This document shows, piece by piece, positions 41,986 through 53,197 of a stretch of DNA of 64,000 nt. The notes under the pieces were generated by a model. It did no database searches and was not told the origin of the DNA. It saw nothing but the letters and a program-made list of their open reading frames with translations. The position numbers and the translations under genes are program-made. Every line of letters starts with the position of its first letter. Position 1 is the first letter of the stretch. The stretch spans positions 29,933,575 to 29,997,574 of the forward strand of contig NC_083425.1 in NCBI RefSeq assembly GCF_020745735.1, read 5' to 3'. This stretch comes from Hemiscyllium ocellatum (taxonomy: Eukaryota).

Positions 41986-43125
41986 TCATCTCATCATACT
42001 ACAGAGGGTGATCATATAAAATTATGAATAGATAGAAGCAGGAAGGTGGTTTCCACTGGCCAGTGACACTCAAAGTAGGAGGCATAGCCTCAAAATAAAG
42101 GGGGGTGCAGATTTAGGAGTTGAGAAGGGTTGTTAAACTATGGAACTTCCTGTCCAGTGAAGCAGCTGAGGCTACCTCATTGAATATTTTTAACGTAAAG
42201 ATGGATAGATTTTAATAGTCAAGGAATTAAGAGTCCACAAAAAGATCAGCCATGATCATATTGAATGGTGATGCAGGCTGGACAGGCCATTAGGACTTGT
42301 ATTTCTTATCAAGATATATAAAACATGTACATAATCAAGTCCTCATTTTGCTGCAACTTGTTCAAAAAGGTTAGCTTTCGCAGCATAATCTGCCCCCAAA
42401 TGAGGAACCCAAATCTTTCCAACTTCAAGAATCAATACTGTCAAACTGTGCAAGCCAGCATCCTTGAAAAGATTCTTTCACCAAAGTTTGAGAATTGACA
42501 TATCACTATCCTAAGCAACTTATTCATCAAATTTTAGATTTGATCTCAAGACCATTCGGGTGACATCTTATAATCTGGCTGTGCATTCAGTGCAGTAGAG
42601 AGCAAAAAAATTTAACTTAATGTTATTCTTCAAATATACTGCAGAACAATAGCAGTTCCCATAAGATCAAAACTAAGGGTGCTGGGGACAGATGGCACTT
42701 ATGCACATTCTGACAAAATCCATAAAGATCATCAAGAAAATAAAACATAAATGAGCATTGAGATTTTCTTTGGAAAAGAAAAGATTGCTTATAAGATAAC
42801 AGTCGACCATGGAGAACCCATCACCTAACACTAGAGGGTTCTAACTTTCCCTTTACACAACAAATCATTGTCTTAAATCCTTTCCAAGGAAACACGACCA
42901 CTGTGCATAGCCTTACAGATTCCGAGGGCTGGAGAGCAATTAAAAATCATGACCAAAACGGTTCAAGTCAATGTAAAATTCTGAAGTCATTTTCAAAGAA
43001 TGAGAACATGGTCACCCCTATTTTGCACTACAGGGAGAAGTTAGAATTTTCTGTTGCCTAATATCATGTTTTAAACAAAAATGATGCCCGTGTGTAATAC
43101 GTGGAACAGATAGTTTAACGATTTA

Positions 43126-43569
<444 letters not shown>

Positions 43570-45215
43570 TCAACACAACACATTTTTCCAATGTTCTTCT
43601 CCAGGAGTGGTGTCTTTGCTTTATTCTTCATACAGATACCTAAGCAGTGATTAAGTATGTAACATTTCAATCCTCTTACATTTGGCACCCAGTCATACAT
43701 ATGCATAAGGCATGTGCAAACTGCTGAAAATGAGAAACTCATGTAAAAATGAGGATGGAATATTAACTTACCTTAATCAGTGTATCTTAGTATTTGAAAC
43801 TTCACTGCTCACATACCATCCCTCACTGACTCACACCTACTCATCACCCCTGTTAACCCCTGCCTGTTCTTTGTCCAAACACATTCCATTAAATCTTCTG
43901 TCCTCTTCCTAAGTTCCCGATTGGTCTTGTACTCCACTTTTTATCTCAACTTCCTGCCCTATTCCACTCACATGCCTTGGTATTCTGCTCTCTGTCAAAG
44001 TCTTCAATCTTCACTTTGTTCTCTCTGGAATTCACTCCCGAAATCCATTTATTCCAACGTTTCTCTTCCATAATAAAAAAAATGCTTTGAGAAGGCTTAA
44101 GTGACTCATTCGTGTCTCGAACTATTTACCGGTTTTCATTACTATTGCACTCTTATGAGAACTATGCTGACATTCTTCCTTAAAGACAATATGTACGATC
44201 AAGTTTTCTCTTCTAAAAATAAAATTGACTGATTCCATAAAATACAGTATAGTTTTCCAGGATTGGTCAAGACGGTCCTTAATATTTTTGGCTCAATCAA
44301 AACTACTTAATTACTCTAAGGAACCTTTGTAAAGTAAGCTACATATTCTTGTTGTAATTCCAAGACATGAGATCGAAATACAACAGGATATTTGGTGGGA
44401 CAAATGAAGTTGTTGCAGAGAAGCAACATGATCTTGCAGACAAGCATAATCTTCTTTGGGTGAGGTCTCAGGTATATTTTTGGGACTAAGTAAAGTGTTG
44501 CTCACATTTAACTGCACTACAAAGTGGTCTTAGAGTTCTTGATGCTGACACCACCAAAAAATTTAAGAATTCCTCTAACATCTCAGTCCGCTCAACACAA
44601 CTTAAAAGCAAAAATATATATACACTTTCTACAGATTAAGACAAATTATGATCACAACAAATAGTCAAACAAGAATGTAATGAGATACTTGATAAGGAGA
44701 TGGAGTAGGCAATTTAGGCTTGAGATGAAGAGACATTTATTCACTTACTGACTCGTGAGACTGGGGAATTCCCAGCCACAAAACGTGAGGCCAAAATATT
44801 GCATGCTTTCAAGGAATTTAATACAGTTCTGAGGGCTAAAGAGATCCAAGGCTACGTGAGAAAGCAGGAACACAGGACTGTGTCAGATGATCAGCCATAC
44901 TCATTAAATCGCCTAACATGTTCAAAAAGTATGAAAAGCCTACTCTTTCTATTTTCTACATTTTCAAATGGAAAATATTGTGGATTTTTGGCGATTTTCT
45001 TAAAATGAGATTCTGCGTATGTCTCTAAATATGTCATTTTTATTGACTACTTTGTTGAAGATATTAAAAGGCCATTCATTTGAAAAGTTGTGCCATGTTG
45101 AAAGGTTTTTACATTTCTGACAATCCAATGCATGTAGCATGAATCATGAAGTGTTAAAAATATTAGGACTATCTATGGTTTAGATTGTAAATTTGCTTAT
45201 GAGCTGGTAGACTTC

Positions 45216-46212
45216 AAAAAGGATTGATGAGGACAGAGCAGTAGATGTGAGCTAGGTGGACTTCAGTAAGGCGGTCAACAAGGTTCTCCTTTTTGTCATT
45301 TACATAAATGATTTGGATGCGAGCAGAAGAGGTACAATTAGTAAATTTACAGATGACACCAAAATTGGAGATGTAGTGGACAGCAGATTACAATAGGATC
45401 TTGACCAGATGGGCCAATGGGCTGAGAAGTGGGAGATGGAGTTTAATTCAGATAAATGTGAGGTGCTACATTTTGGGAAAGCAAATCTTAGCAGGACTTT
45501 TACACTTCATGGTAAGGTCCAAGGGAGTGTTGCTAGGTTCATAGCTCCTTCAAAGTAGAGTCACAGGTACATAGGATAGTGAAGGTGGCATTTGGTATGC
45601 TTTCCTTTATTGGTCAGAGTATTGAGTACTGGGGTTGGGAAGTCTTGTTGCGGTTGTACAGGACATTGATTAGGCCACTGTTGGAATACTGCGTGCAATT
45701 CTGGTCTCCTCCCTATTGGAAAGATGTTGTGAAACTTGTAAGGCTTCAGAAAAGATTTACAAGGATGTTGCTAGGGTTGGAGGATTTGAGCTATGGGGGA
45801 GAGTCGGGCTGTTTTCCCTGGAGCGTCAGAGGCTGAGGGGTGACCTTATAGAGGTTTACAAAATCATGAGGGGCATGGATAGGGTAAATAAGCAAAAGTC
45901 TTTTCCCTGGGGTCAGGGAGTTCAGAACTAGAGGGCATAGATTTAGAGTGAGTGTGGAAAGATATAAAAGAACCCCACGGGGTAACTTTTTCACACAGAG
46001 GGTGGTACATTTATGGAATGAGCTGCCAGAGGAAGTGGTGGAGGCTGGTACAATTGCAACATTTAAGAGGCATTTGGATGGGTACATGAATAGGAAGGGT
46101 TCGGAGGGATATGGGCCAGATGCTGGCAGGTGGGACTAGAAAGGGTTGGGATATCAGGTTGGCATGGACGGGTTGGATCGACGGGTTTGTTTCCATGCTG
46201 TACATCTGTGAC
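45216..46212 (+). mobile_element. CR1 LINE 3' fragment
   Basis: LRLYRTLIRPLLEYCVQFWSP and RGNFFTQRVVHLWNELPEEVVEAGTI motifs plus the 3' tail. Confidence 0.9.
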
Positions 46213-46650
46213 TCTGACATTTTGTCACCATGCTAGGTAATATCATCAGTGAACCTCCTGTGAAGCGTTAGTGTTCTGTCCCGCTTGTGATTTATCGGTC
46301 TCTGTTTGATGTGGTAGGTAAGTTTTCCAGTTGTTTGAGAGGTTGGTAAACAGGGTACAAATCTATTTGTTAATGGAGTTACAGTTTTAATGCCAGGCCT
46401 CTAGGTATTTCCGTGCATGTCTTTATTTTGCCTGTCCCAGGATTGATGTATTGTCCCGGTCCCATTTACCAACCTCTCAGAAACGGAACCAGAAATGATA
46501 ACACCTACAACAACAAACCGAGACAGGTAAATAGCAAGTGGGGCAGAATACCAACGCTTCACCAGAGGCTCACTGACAATGTTACCTAGCATGGTGACAA
46601 AACTTCTGAGAATCAATCTACCAGTTCAGTACGCAAATTTACAACCAGAA
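46213..46650. mobile_element. Palindromic Poseidon-like PLE remnant with GIY-YIG C-terminal fragment
   Basis: Minus strand about 46457-46365 translates DNTSILGQAK*RHARKYLEAWH*NCNSINK. Inverted arms are present; the left tip of the element lies at about 45180-45215, beyond an inserted CR1. Confidence 0.75.
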
Positions 46651-46946
46651 CTACAAAGTTTCTCCAATATTTCAAAGTCTATGGCTTGTTTCATGTAGAG
46701 AACATTTATCACTCAGCAGGATAAATGGCATCACAGAAGTACTGTTCTATAGTAAACATTACTTTAGTCAAATAGAATGTTCATTTCTAGGACTCCTAAA
46801 GAGCTCTCCAACTAAGACTTATTCTGTCACACTAAACTCGCCACTGAAGCAGTGGGATTCACGAAGAGACACTCTATCCAAACTTTGACCAACATTGCGG
46901 CTTTCCAGCAATTAAGTATGAATGTTGGCAGTTTAAGTGCTTTTAC

Positions 46947-47335
46947 CTGTATGGAGGTCTCCGCTTTTCCCCTGCAAACTGGAACAAATCATCCTTAAAA
47001 TACTTTGGCACTTCATAATCCTCTAATAGTTTCTTCCTTTTAGGGTGTTCCCCATAACTGCTATCAAAAATGTAAAGAGGGCTATCATCTTTTGTAGTTT
47101 CCATGTAGTCAGCATAATACTTCATCTTCATTTTAACAGAGTAGCCATCATTGTCTTCACCACATTTAAATTTTTGATTTCTGTACTTGCGCTTTAATCG
47201 CTCTAGAGTCCACTTTTCATGTGCTGCCCACCCAAGTTCAGCATTTACCACCACCACAGGCTTATATGGTTTTTCATATTTCTCAATGAATTCTTCAACA
47301 GAGGTCTGGAGGGCATCTATCCTTTCTACATTATC
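46947..47335 (-). CDS. JMJD6: JMJD6 exon 2 (DNVERIDA...RRPPYR)
   Basis: Contains [25 protein letters not shown] and [18 protein letters not shown]; acceptor ttacag|GAT, donor AG|GTAAAA; 389 nt. Confidence 0.97.
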
Positions 47336-48643
47336 CTGTAACAAAAAGAAAAATTCATTCAACATAAATCTTTTCAGCTTGGAAATGTTGGCAATGATAA
47401 AATCCTGATTGAGCCATTACAGGGAAATAGCTGTAAATTGGCCAATGCAAGTACATGTCCCACAAAATACAATATAGTTATTAATTTCTCATTAGCAATT
47501 ATAGACTTCTTGTACTTCAAAACGCTCAATGAAAGAAAGATCTTGAAACTAATCAACAATTATTTAAGCAATTAAAAAATAAGTTATATTGTTTCCAAGG
47601 TCCATACAATTTTTATTTATATATTTTAATATACATCTTCCTTCTATCACCTGTAATTTATTACTGCAAATTAAGAATACTGGATTGTAATTAGAGGTTT
47701 ATTCATTGTCATTGATATGCTAATGTATGATCTGAATATTATTTATAAATATAAATCAGAGCTGTGGGATAATTTAAGATACAGAACTTTTCCCTGTTGA
47801 TATCTCCATTAATTGAATCAAGTCTCTTGACTTCCAATCTTGTCTGACAAGGATAATGAATGCCGTTTCATCAATTGCTCACAATTATCCTCTTGCCACC
47901 TTGAACTGCTAACAGTTCACACGCTGAAGATACACACATTGTTCAACTCGCTGATGACAATTTTAACCCAGTGACATTGAAGGAGCAGTGACAGTGGGGA
48001 GCTTCAAAGGAAACCTGAAGGTGATGTTCCCATGTACCTGCCCCCGTTTTTCTTGAGGCAACTGGTCACAGAATTTAGGTGGGTTCGTCAAAGGAAGGTT
48101 GATGCGTTGCTGTATTGTATTGATAGTACACACTTCTATCACTGCACCTGTGGTGACTGCTTTGTCCCATTTGGTGTTAAGTTTGTGAATATTATTGGAG
48201 CTGCACTTCTCCAGGTAAATTGAGAGTTCTCCAAAATACTCCTAACTTAAATCTTGTACATGGTGGACAGATATTAGGGAATCAGATGGGGAGTTATTTG
48301 TCCATTTCCTTTTGCAACACGTTGTGACAGGGTTACAAAACTGCAACTCAGGACTACAAGCAAATGCTACTGCCAGACTAAGTGATCCCATAACTCAAGA
48401 AAAACAAAATTGAGATTTATAATCCTGCCACAACTTGGCAGGGAGATTTTTCATCAACTAAAAAGGTGCGGAGGACGAAAGATGCTAGTAATCAAGTCTA
48501 AATGAAGCATTCAGCAAGAGATCGCCTGGGCAAGGTGAAGACAGGCTCTGAAACTCAGGTTGAAGCAAGCAACCTTCATCATTAAGATGTGGCTTTGGAG
48601 CTCAGGAAAAAGAGTTCATGTAATAGGATTATCTAAGCAAGGG

Positions 48644-48756
48644 CTTTCACCCAAAACACAGATTCTCCTGCTCCTCGGATGCTGTCTGACCTGCTGTGCT
48701 TTTCCAGCAGCACCTCTCAATTCTGATCTCCAGCATCGGCAGTCCTCACTTTTGCC
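48644..48756 (+). mobile_element. Short PLE pLTR fragment
   Basis: TTATCT(A/G)AGCAAGGG at 48629 and 48757. Confidence 0.75.
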
Positions 48757-51152
48757 TTATCTGAGCAAGGGTCTATTGGCAATTGGAGATTGCAGAGCAC
48801 ATTAAGGGCACTGGAACACAAACGTAAAAGATATTGGTTCAGGGCACAACTGCAGTCTTCTGGGTAGGATTCTGCTACAGCTATTCTGTAGAGATGGCTA
48901 TGGATTCAGTGAATGCATTTTTATTATAACAAAAAAGTTAAGAAGTGCATACAAATCCAAAAGACTTAACGACACAGCTGAGTACAGACTCATGTTGCAG
49001 TCCACAATGATCACGGTCAGAACATTTTGCCAAACAGCATGACTTACCCAACTCAGACAAACAAGTTGTGCACCACACATTTGAAGTCTTAAAGCAAAGG
49101 TGTGAGGGGCATGTACATGTTGACAGTGACCATGCAATCCAAAAGCTGAACTATTAGGCTTGTGTGTCAAATGGAGGCTCATCTTTCAATGGAGAGGTGC
49201 AGAAATAAAGTAGGGTTGGAAGAGTTATGTGAACAGTCGAGGACAGAAGGGATGCACTCTGGCCTTGTTCATAATCAAGGATACTTTTCTAATGTCCATA
49301 TGAAATGATAAGTGTAAGGGGATGGCTGTTAATCTAAGTTGAATAGTTTAGAAGGAGGGATCGGCCAAGGGAGGACAATTTGGCACATGTCAAAGAAAGC
49401 AAGGCGAGTTAAGATGGCCGTTCAATTTAAGTCAAATTGTTTATTGCATTGATTGAAGAAAAGGGAGTGATCCTATCTGGATGCAAAATGCGGAAGACGA
49501 CTTGAGGAGGCAGCAGCAAACCAGATTTAAAAGATGAATAGCACCATAATGTATAATCATCAAAGGAAGAGAAGGTAATCTGGGAAACAATAGAAGAGCA
49601 CAAGGAGGAATTTGATTAGTTTACAAAAATAGTTTGAGCATAGAAGGAAGTCAAAGTCACCTGGATACACTTCAGCAAGGGTTAAGGTTCCATCAAAGTT
49701 TGAAAATAAAAGTGTGAAAGGGTTATAATGGCAAAATTGAAACAAACTGCATTGTAAACAGGACATGAAGATAGCTACATTAGTAAGAGTTAAGGAACGG
49801 CCTGGAGTCCGTTAAGAACGGAATTTGATAAAAACAGATTGTAGAGAGTTTTATTTACACCAATTGCCAAATTGATTCTCCAGCACAAAACTTGTTCAGG
49901 TGTACATGAAATCTAACAGTTGAGAAAACATGGCTCAGCAGTAGAGTTAATTCCATCCACAAGTTTTTAAGAGTCGTAACTATTTTTAAGCATTGGTGAC
50001 AGGTCATGTTACTGTAAAATGACACTGGACAACAAGTGAGCTCTTTTACTGATTGGTTTAAAGTAAGCATCAAAATAAGCACTGAATAAACAGATCATTG
50101 GTACTGTCACAACCCACACAAGACTAATTATGTTGAATTTTGAGTTGTGGAACTACATACCCTCAAGGCCAAACAATTCTTCACTAAATATATCTGCAGC
50201 TATGTAACAGATAGCTCTGTTACAGACTCAAGAGAAAGACTAATTTTGAGAAGGGTATTAACCCACTTGTTCTGTAGCCATTCATGTAATAAAATCACTC
50301 CCAAATGTAACCATGTTGGAATCAAAGTGAAGCTCAGGTGGATGCCATCATACTTTGTTCAAGTCAGAAAAGCAACTCCTTTGCTTCGAGTTAAATTATT
50401 TAACATTTGAATTGACTTTCACCAAGATTTTTTTTCTCTACAGACCTGCTCCCCATTCCATAAGAATAAAGCGTGTTGAAAATATTCTGGCAGCCGACTT
50501 GAGATTTTAACTTGTTTCCTCTCTCCAAGGCAACTGCTAGATTAACCAAGGATTGGCAACACTAGTATATTTTGATTTCAGATTTCCAGAGTCTACCAGT
50601 ATTTTGCTGTTATTTTAGCTTCATCTCCCCGCCCCCCACTACAAACACTCCAGCGAAGGTGACTCAGAACAGATGAATTCCACAGATCAAACCTGCCTGC
50701 AGCCATAGCTGCTGCCCGGTGAGTTCAGTGCGGTGGGGAGAGACGGCTGCCCATCTCATCCTCCAGAACTGTGCCATCCTCGTGTGAGCCCCACAACATG
50801 GACCATGTTGGTTAAGAGCCAAAACAATCTCTTCACAAGACACCACCGCCGTGCTCCCCCTCTTCCCACCATGGTGTTGATGATGATGGGAGGGGGGGGA
50901 GGGGAAAGGCAAAGGTGAGGGCGGCGGGCCAGACCAGCCCTATCCACGTTAGCTGCCTCCGGATGGAGCAGCCTGCCCCGCTCTCCATCTCCACCTCCGG
51001 GATCGGAGGGAGGCCTGAGCGGTAACTCAATAGCGTCGTGCCCTGAGCGTGTACGTGCGGGACGTGCATCCCTCGGGCATTGCGGGCGAGTCAGTGGTCG
51101 GCCTCCCCTGGAAAGTGGCGGTAGGGGTGGCTGTGAGGGGGGGCTTCCTTAC

Positions 51153-51281
51153 CTTGACAGTGTCCAAGGATAAAGAGAAAGTTTCGTAGTAGTTGTGCTT
51201 CGTCCAGTCATAAGAATCCCTCAGCTCCGGGCGAGCACTGCGCTTAGCTTCTTTTATCCTCTTCTTCGCTTTGTGATTCAT
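51153..51281 (-). CDS. JMJD6: JMJD6 exon 1 ([20 protein letters not shown]...DTVK)
   Basis: Recognisable JMJD6 N-terminus; 129 nt; donor AAG|GTAAGG. Confidence 0.97.
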
Positions 51282-51554
51282 TTCTTAAAAGCGAGCGACG
51301 CCACGCTTTCGCCAACCTTCCCCAGTACTGTCACGGCCGGCTGGAAGGAAGGGAAATCCTTCCAGAATCTTCACCCACTTCCCCCGCACCGGGACTGTCA
51401 ATCAAACCGTGAGGAGGAAGTCCCGCCCACGACGGATGACTGGACCCTATCAACCCCGCCCCTTAAGGGCTGATTGGTTCAGACGACTACCACTCTTGCG
51501 ACGTCATGCGGACACGCCCTCTATCCGGCGGCGAGGCTCAGCCGTTGTGACGCC
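51282..51554. promoter_or_regulatory. Bidirectional JMJD6/METTL23 promoter in a CpG island (about 50850-52100)
   Basis: Divergent ATGs 273 nt apart. CpG-rich, with GC boxes (51422, 51454), ATTGG/CCAAT (51473), CRE-like GACGTCA (51500) and ETS-like GGAAGT (about 51416). Confidence 0.85.
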
Positions 51555-51656
51555 ATGAGTAGCGCGAGACGGCTCGGAGAGAAGCGGTTCGTTTTCGCTG
51601 AAGACGGGCCTCCTAGGGTTGGCCGTGTTGAGTGGCTCGAAGTTACTGTGCCTGAG
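51555..51656 (+). CDS. METTL23: METTL23 exon 1 (MSSARRLGEKRFVFAEDG...LEVTVPE)
   Basis: ATG in GACGCCATGA context. The F-x-F...LEV-x-VP pattern resembles the N-terminal extension of non-human METTL23. Phase-0 donor GAG|GTGGCC is in frame with exon 2. Confidence 0.85.
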
Positions 51657-51788
51657 GTGGCCCATGTTCTTCCTCATCTCGTTGCTGGGGAAGGAGGAGA
51701 GGAGGGAGACTAAGGGCGCTGTGCGATTAGGGAAGAGGTCAAGCTGAAACAGAAAGTCGCTGGACAAACTTGATAGGGTTTTTTTTAA

Positions 51789-52093
51789 GATTAGATTACT
51801 TAGAGTGTGGAAACAGGCCCTTCGGCCCAACAAGTCCACACCGACCCGCCGAAGCGCAACCCATCCATACTCCTACATTTACCCCATTACCTAACACTAC
51901 GGGCAATTTAGCATGGCCAATTCACCTGACCCGCACATCTTTGGACTGTGGGAGGATACCGGAGCACCCGGAGGAAACCCACACAGACACGGGGAGAACG
52001 TGCAAACTCCACACAGTCAGTCGCCTGAGGCGGGAATTGAACCCCGGTCTCTGGTGGCTGTAAAGCAGCAGTGCTAACCACCGTGCTGCCCAC
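51789..52093 (-). mobile_element. tRNA-derived V-SINE (HE1-like), near full length
   Basis: Minus strand has A box GGTGGTTAGCAC, B box GGTTCAATTCC, V-domain-like GTGGAGTTTGCACGTTCTCCCCGTGTCTG..GGGTTTCCTCCGGGTGCTCCGG, and a CR1-like tail with TCTAA repeats. Confidence 0.85.
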
Positions 52094-52506
52094 TAGGGTA
52101 AGGGGGGAAAAAATTAAAAGTGACATAAGGGGTCACTTTTCACGCAGAGGATGCTGTGTCTGTAGAATGAGCTGCCTGGGAAGTAATGGAGACTAGTACA
52201 ATTACACCATTTAAAAGGAATAGCGTATGAAAAGGAAGGGTTTGGAGGGGTATGGGTGAAGTGCTGGCAAATGGGACTAAATTAGGTTAGAATATCTGGT
52301 TGGCATAGATGAGTTGGACTGAATGGTCTGTTTCTCTGCTGTTTATCTCTCTGACTAAGCTCAGCCAGTCTGGCAGTGTCTGGGGAAAGAGAAAGCAGAG
52401 ATAAATGAGGGATATGAAGATCTTTGGGTACAGTACTTGAGTTCTGAAGAAGAGTCATACCAGAGGGGGGAACATTGTTCTCTTGTTATGGAGGGATATG
52501 GACCAA

Positions 52507-52598
52507 GATTAGAATGGTGCTGAAAAAACACAGCAGGTCAGGTGTTATCTGAGGAGCATGGAAATTGACATTTCAGGCAAAAGCCCTTCATCAGGAAT
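52507..52598 (-). mobile_element. Short PLE pLTR fragment with hammerhead core
   Basis: G(G/A)GAT(A/G)TGGACCAA at 52493 and 52599; begins ATTCCTGATGAAGGGC on the minus strand. Confidence 0.75.
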
Positions 52599-53104
52599 GA
52601 GATGTGGACCAATGGCAGGCATTAGTCTGACTTTGTGCCATGTTCTGCACAACATTGTGGGCAGAAGGACCCATTGTCCAGTTGCTTTCTCTCTGTAGAT
52701 GCTGCCAGGTCTGCTGAGTTTCTTCAGCAACTTTCTGTTTTTGTTTCAGATTTCCAGCGTTTGACTTTGTTTATTTTGCAAGAAATAAATTCAGGAAGTG
52801 GTTGTCTTGGTTAATTCCACCATCATCTCCTTTGTCCCCCTCCAATTTGGGAAATTAAATCAATGGAAGGTGATAATATTGCCTTTTTCCAGTTACCTTT
52901 CTGCGTATGCCTCGCACAAGCTATTGATTTTCCCACCCTCACTGACTTTTGAAAGCTGAGAAATATTTCTGTCTGAGCAAGAGGTGGGGATGTAGTGAGT
53001 ATAGAACCAGTCCTGAGAGATGGGATGAACCTTTTCTGCATAAGACTGGCCCTTTGGGGTTGTACTGTGTCAATGAAAACATTCCCTGAGTATTGTGCTG
53101 TTTT

Positions 53105-53197
53105 GAAAATGTGTTGCTGGTTAAAGCACAGCAGGTCAGGCAGCATCCAAGGAATAGGAAATTCGACGTTTCGGGCATAAGCCCTTCATCAGGAATC
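53105..53197 (-). mobile_element. 93-bp PLE pLTR fragment (young) carrying an intact hammerhead motif
   Basis: Near-identical to 11507-11598; ATTGTGCTGTTTT at 53092 and 53198. Confidence 0.85.
53161..53196 (-). ncRNA. Minimal type-I hammerhead ribozyme motif (PLE-derived)
   Basis: Minus strand reads AUUC-CUGAUGA-A-GGGC-UUAU-GCCC-GAA-ACGU-C-GAAU: stem I AUUC/GAAU, stem II GGGC/GCCC, palindromic ACGU stem III, GUC cleavage triplet. Activity not shown. Confidence 0.7.

Noticed and set aside
52040-52093. tRNA gene
   Set aside because: The A/B boxes belong to a SINE head and there is no complete cloverleaf.
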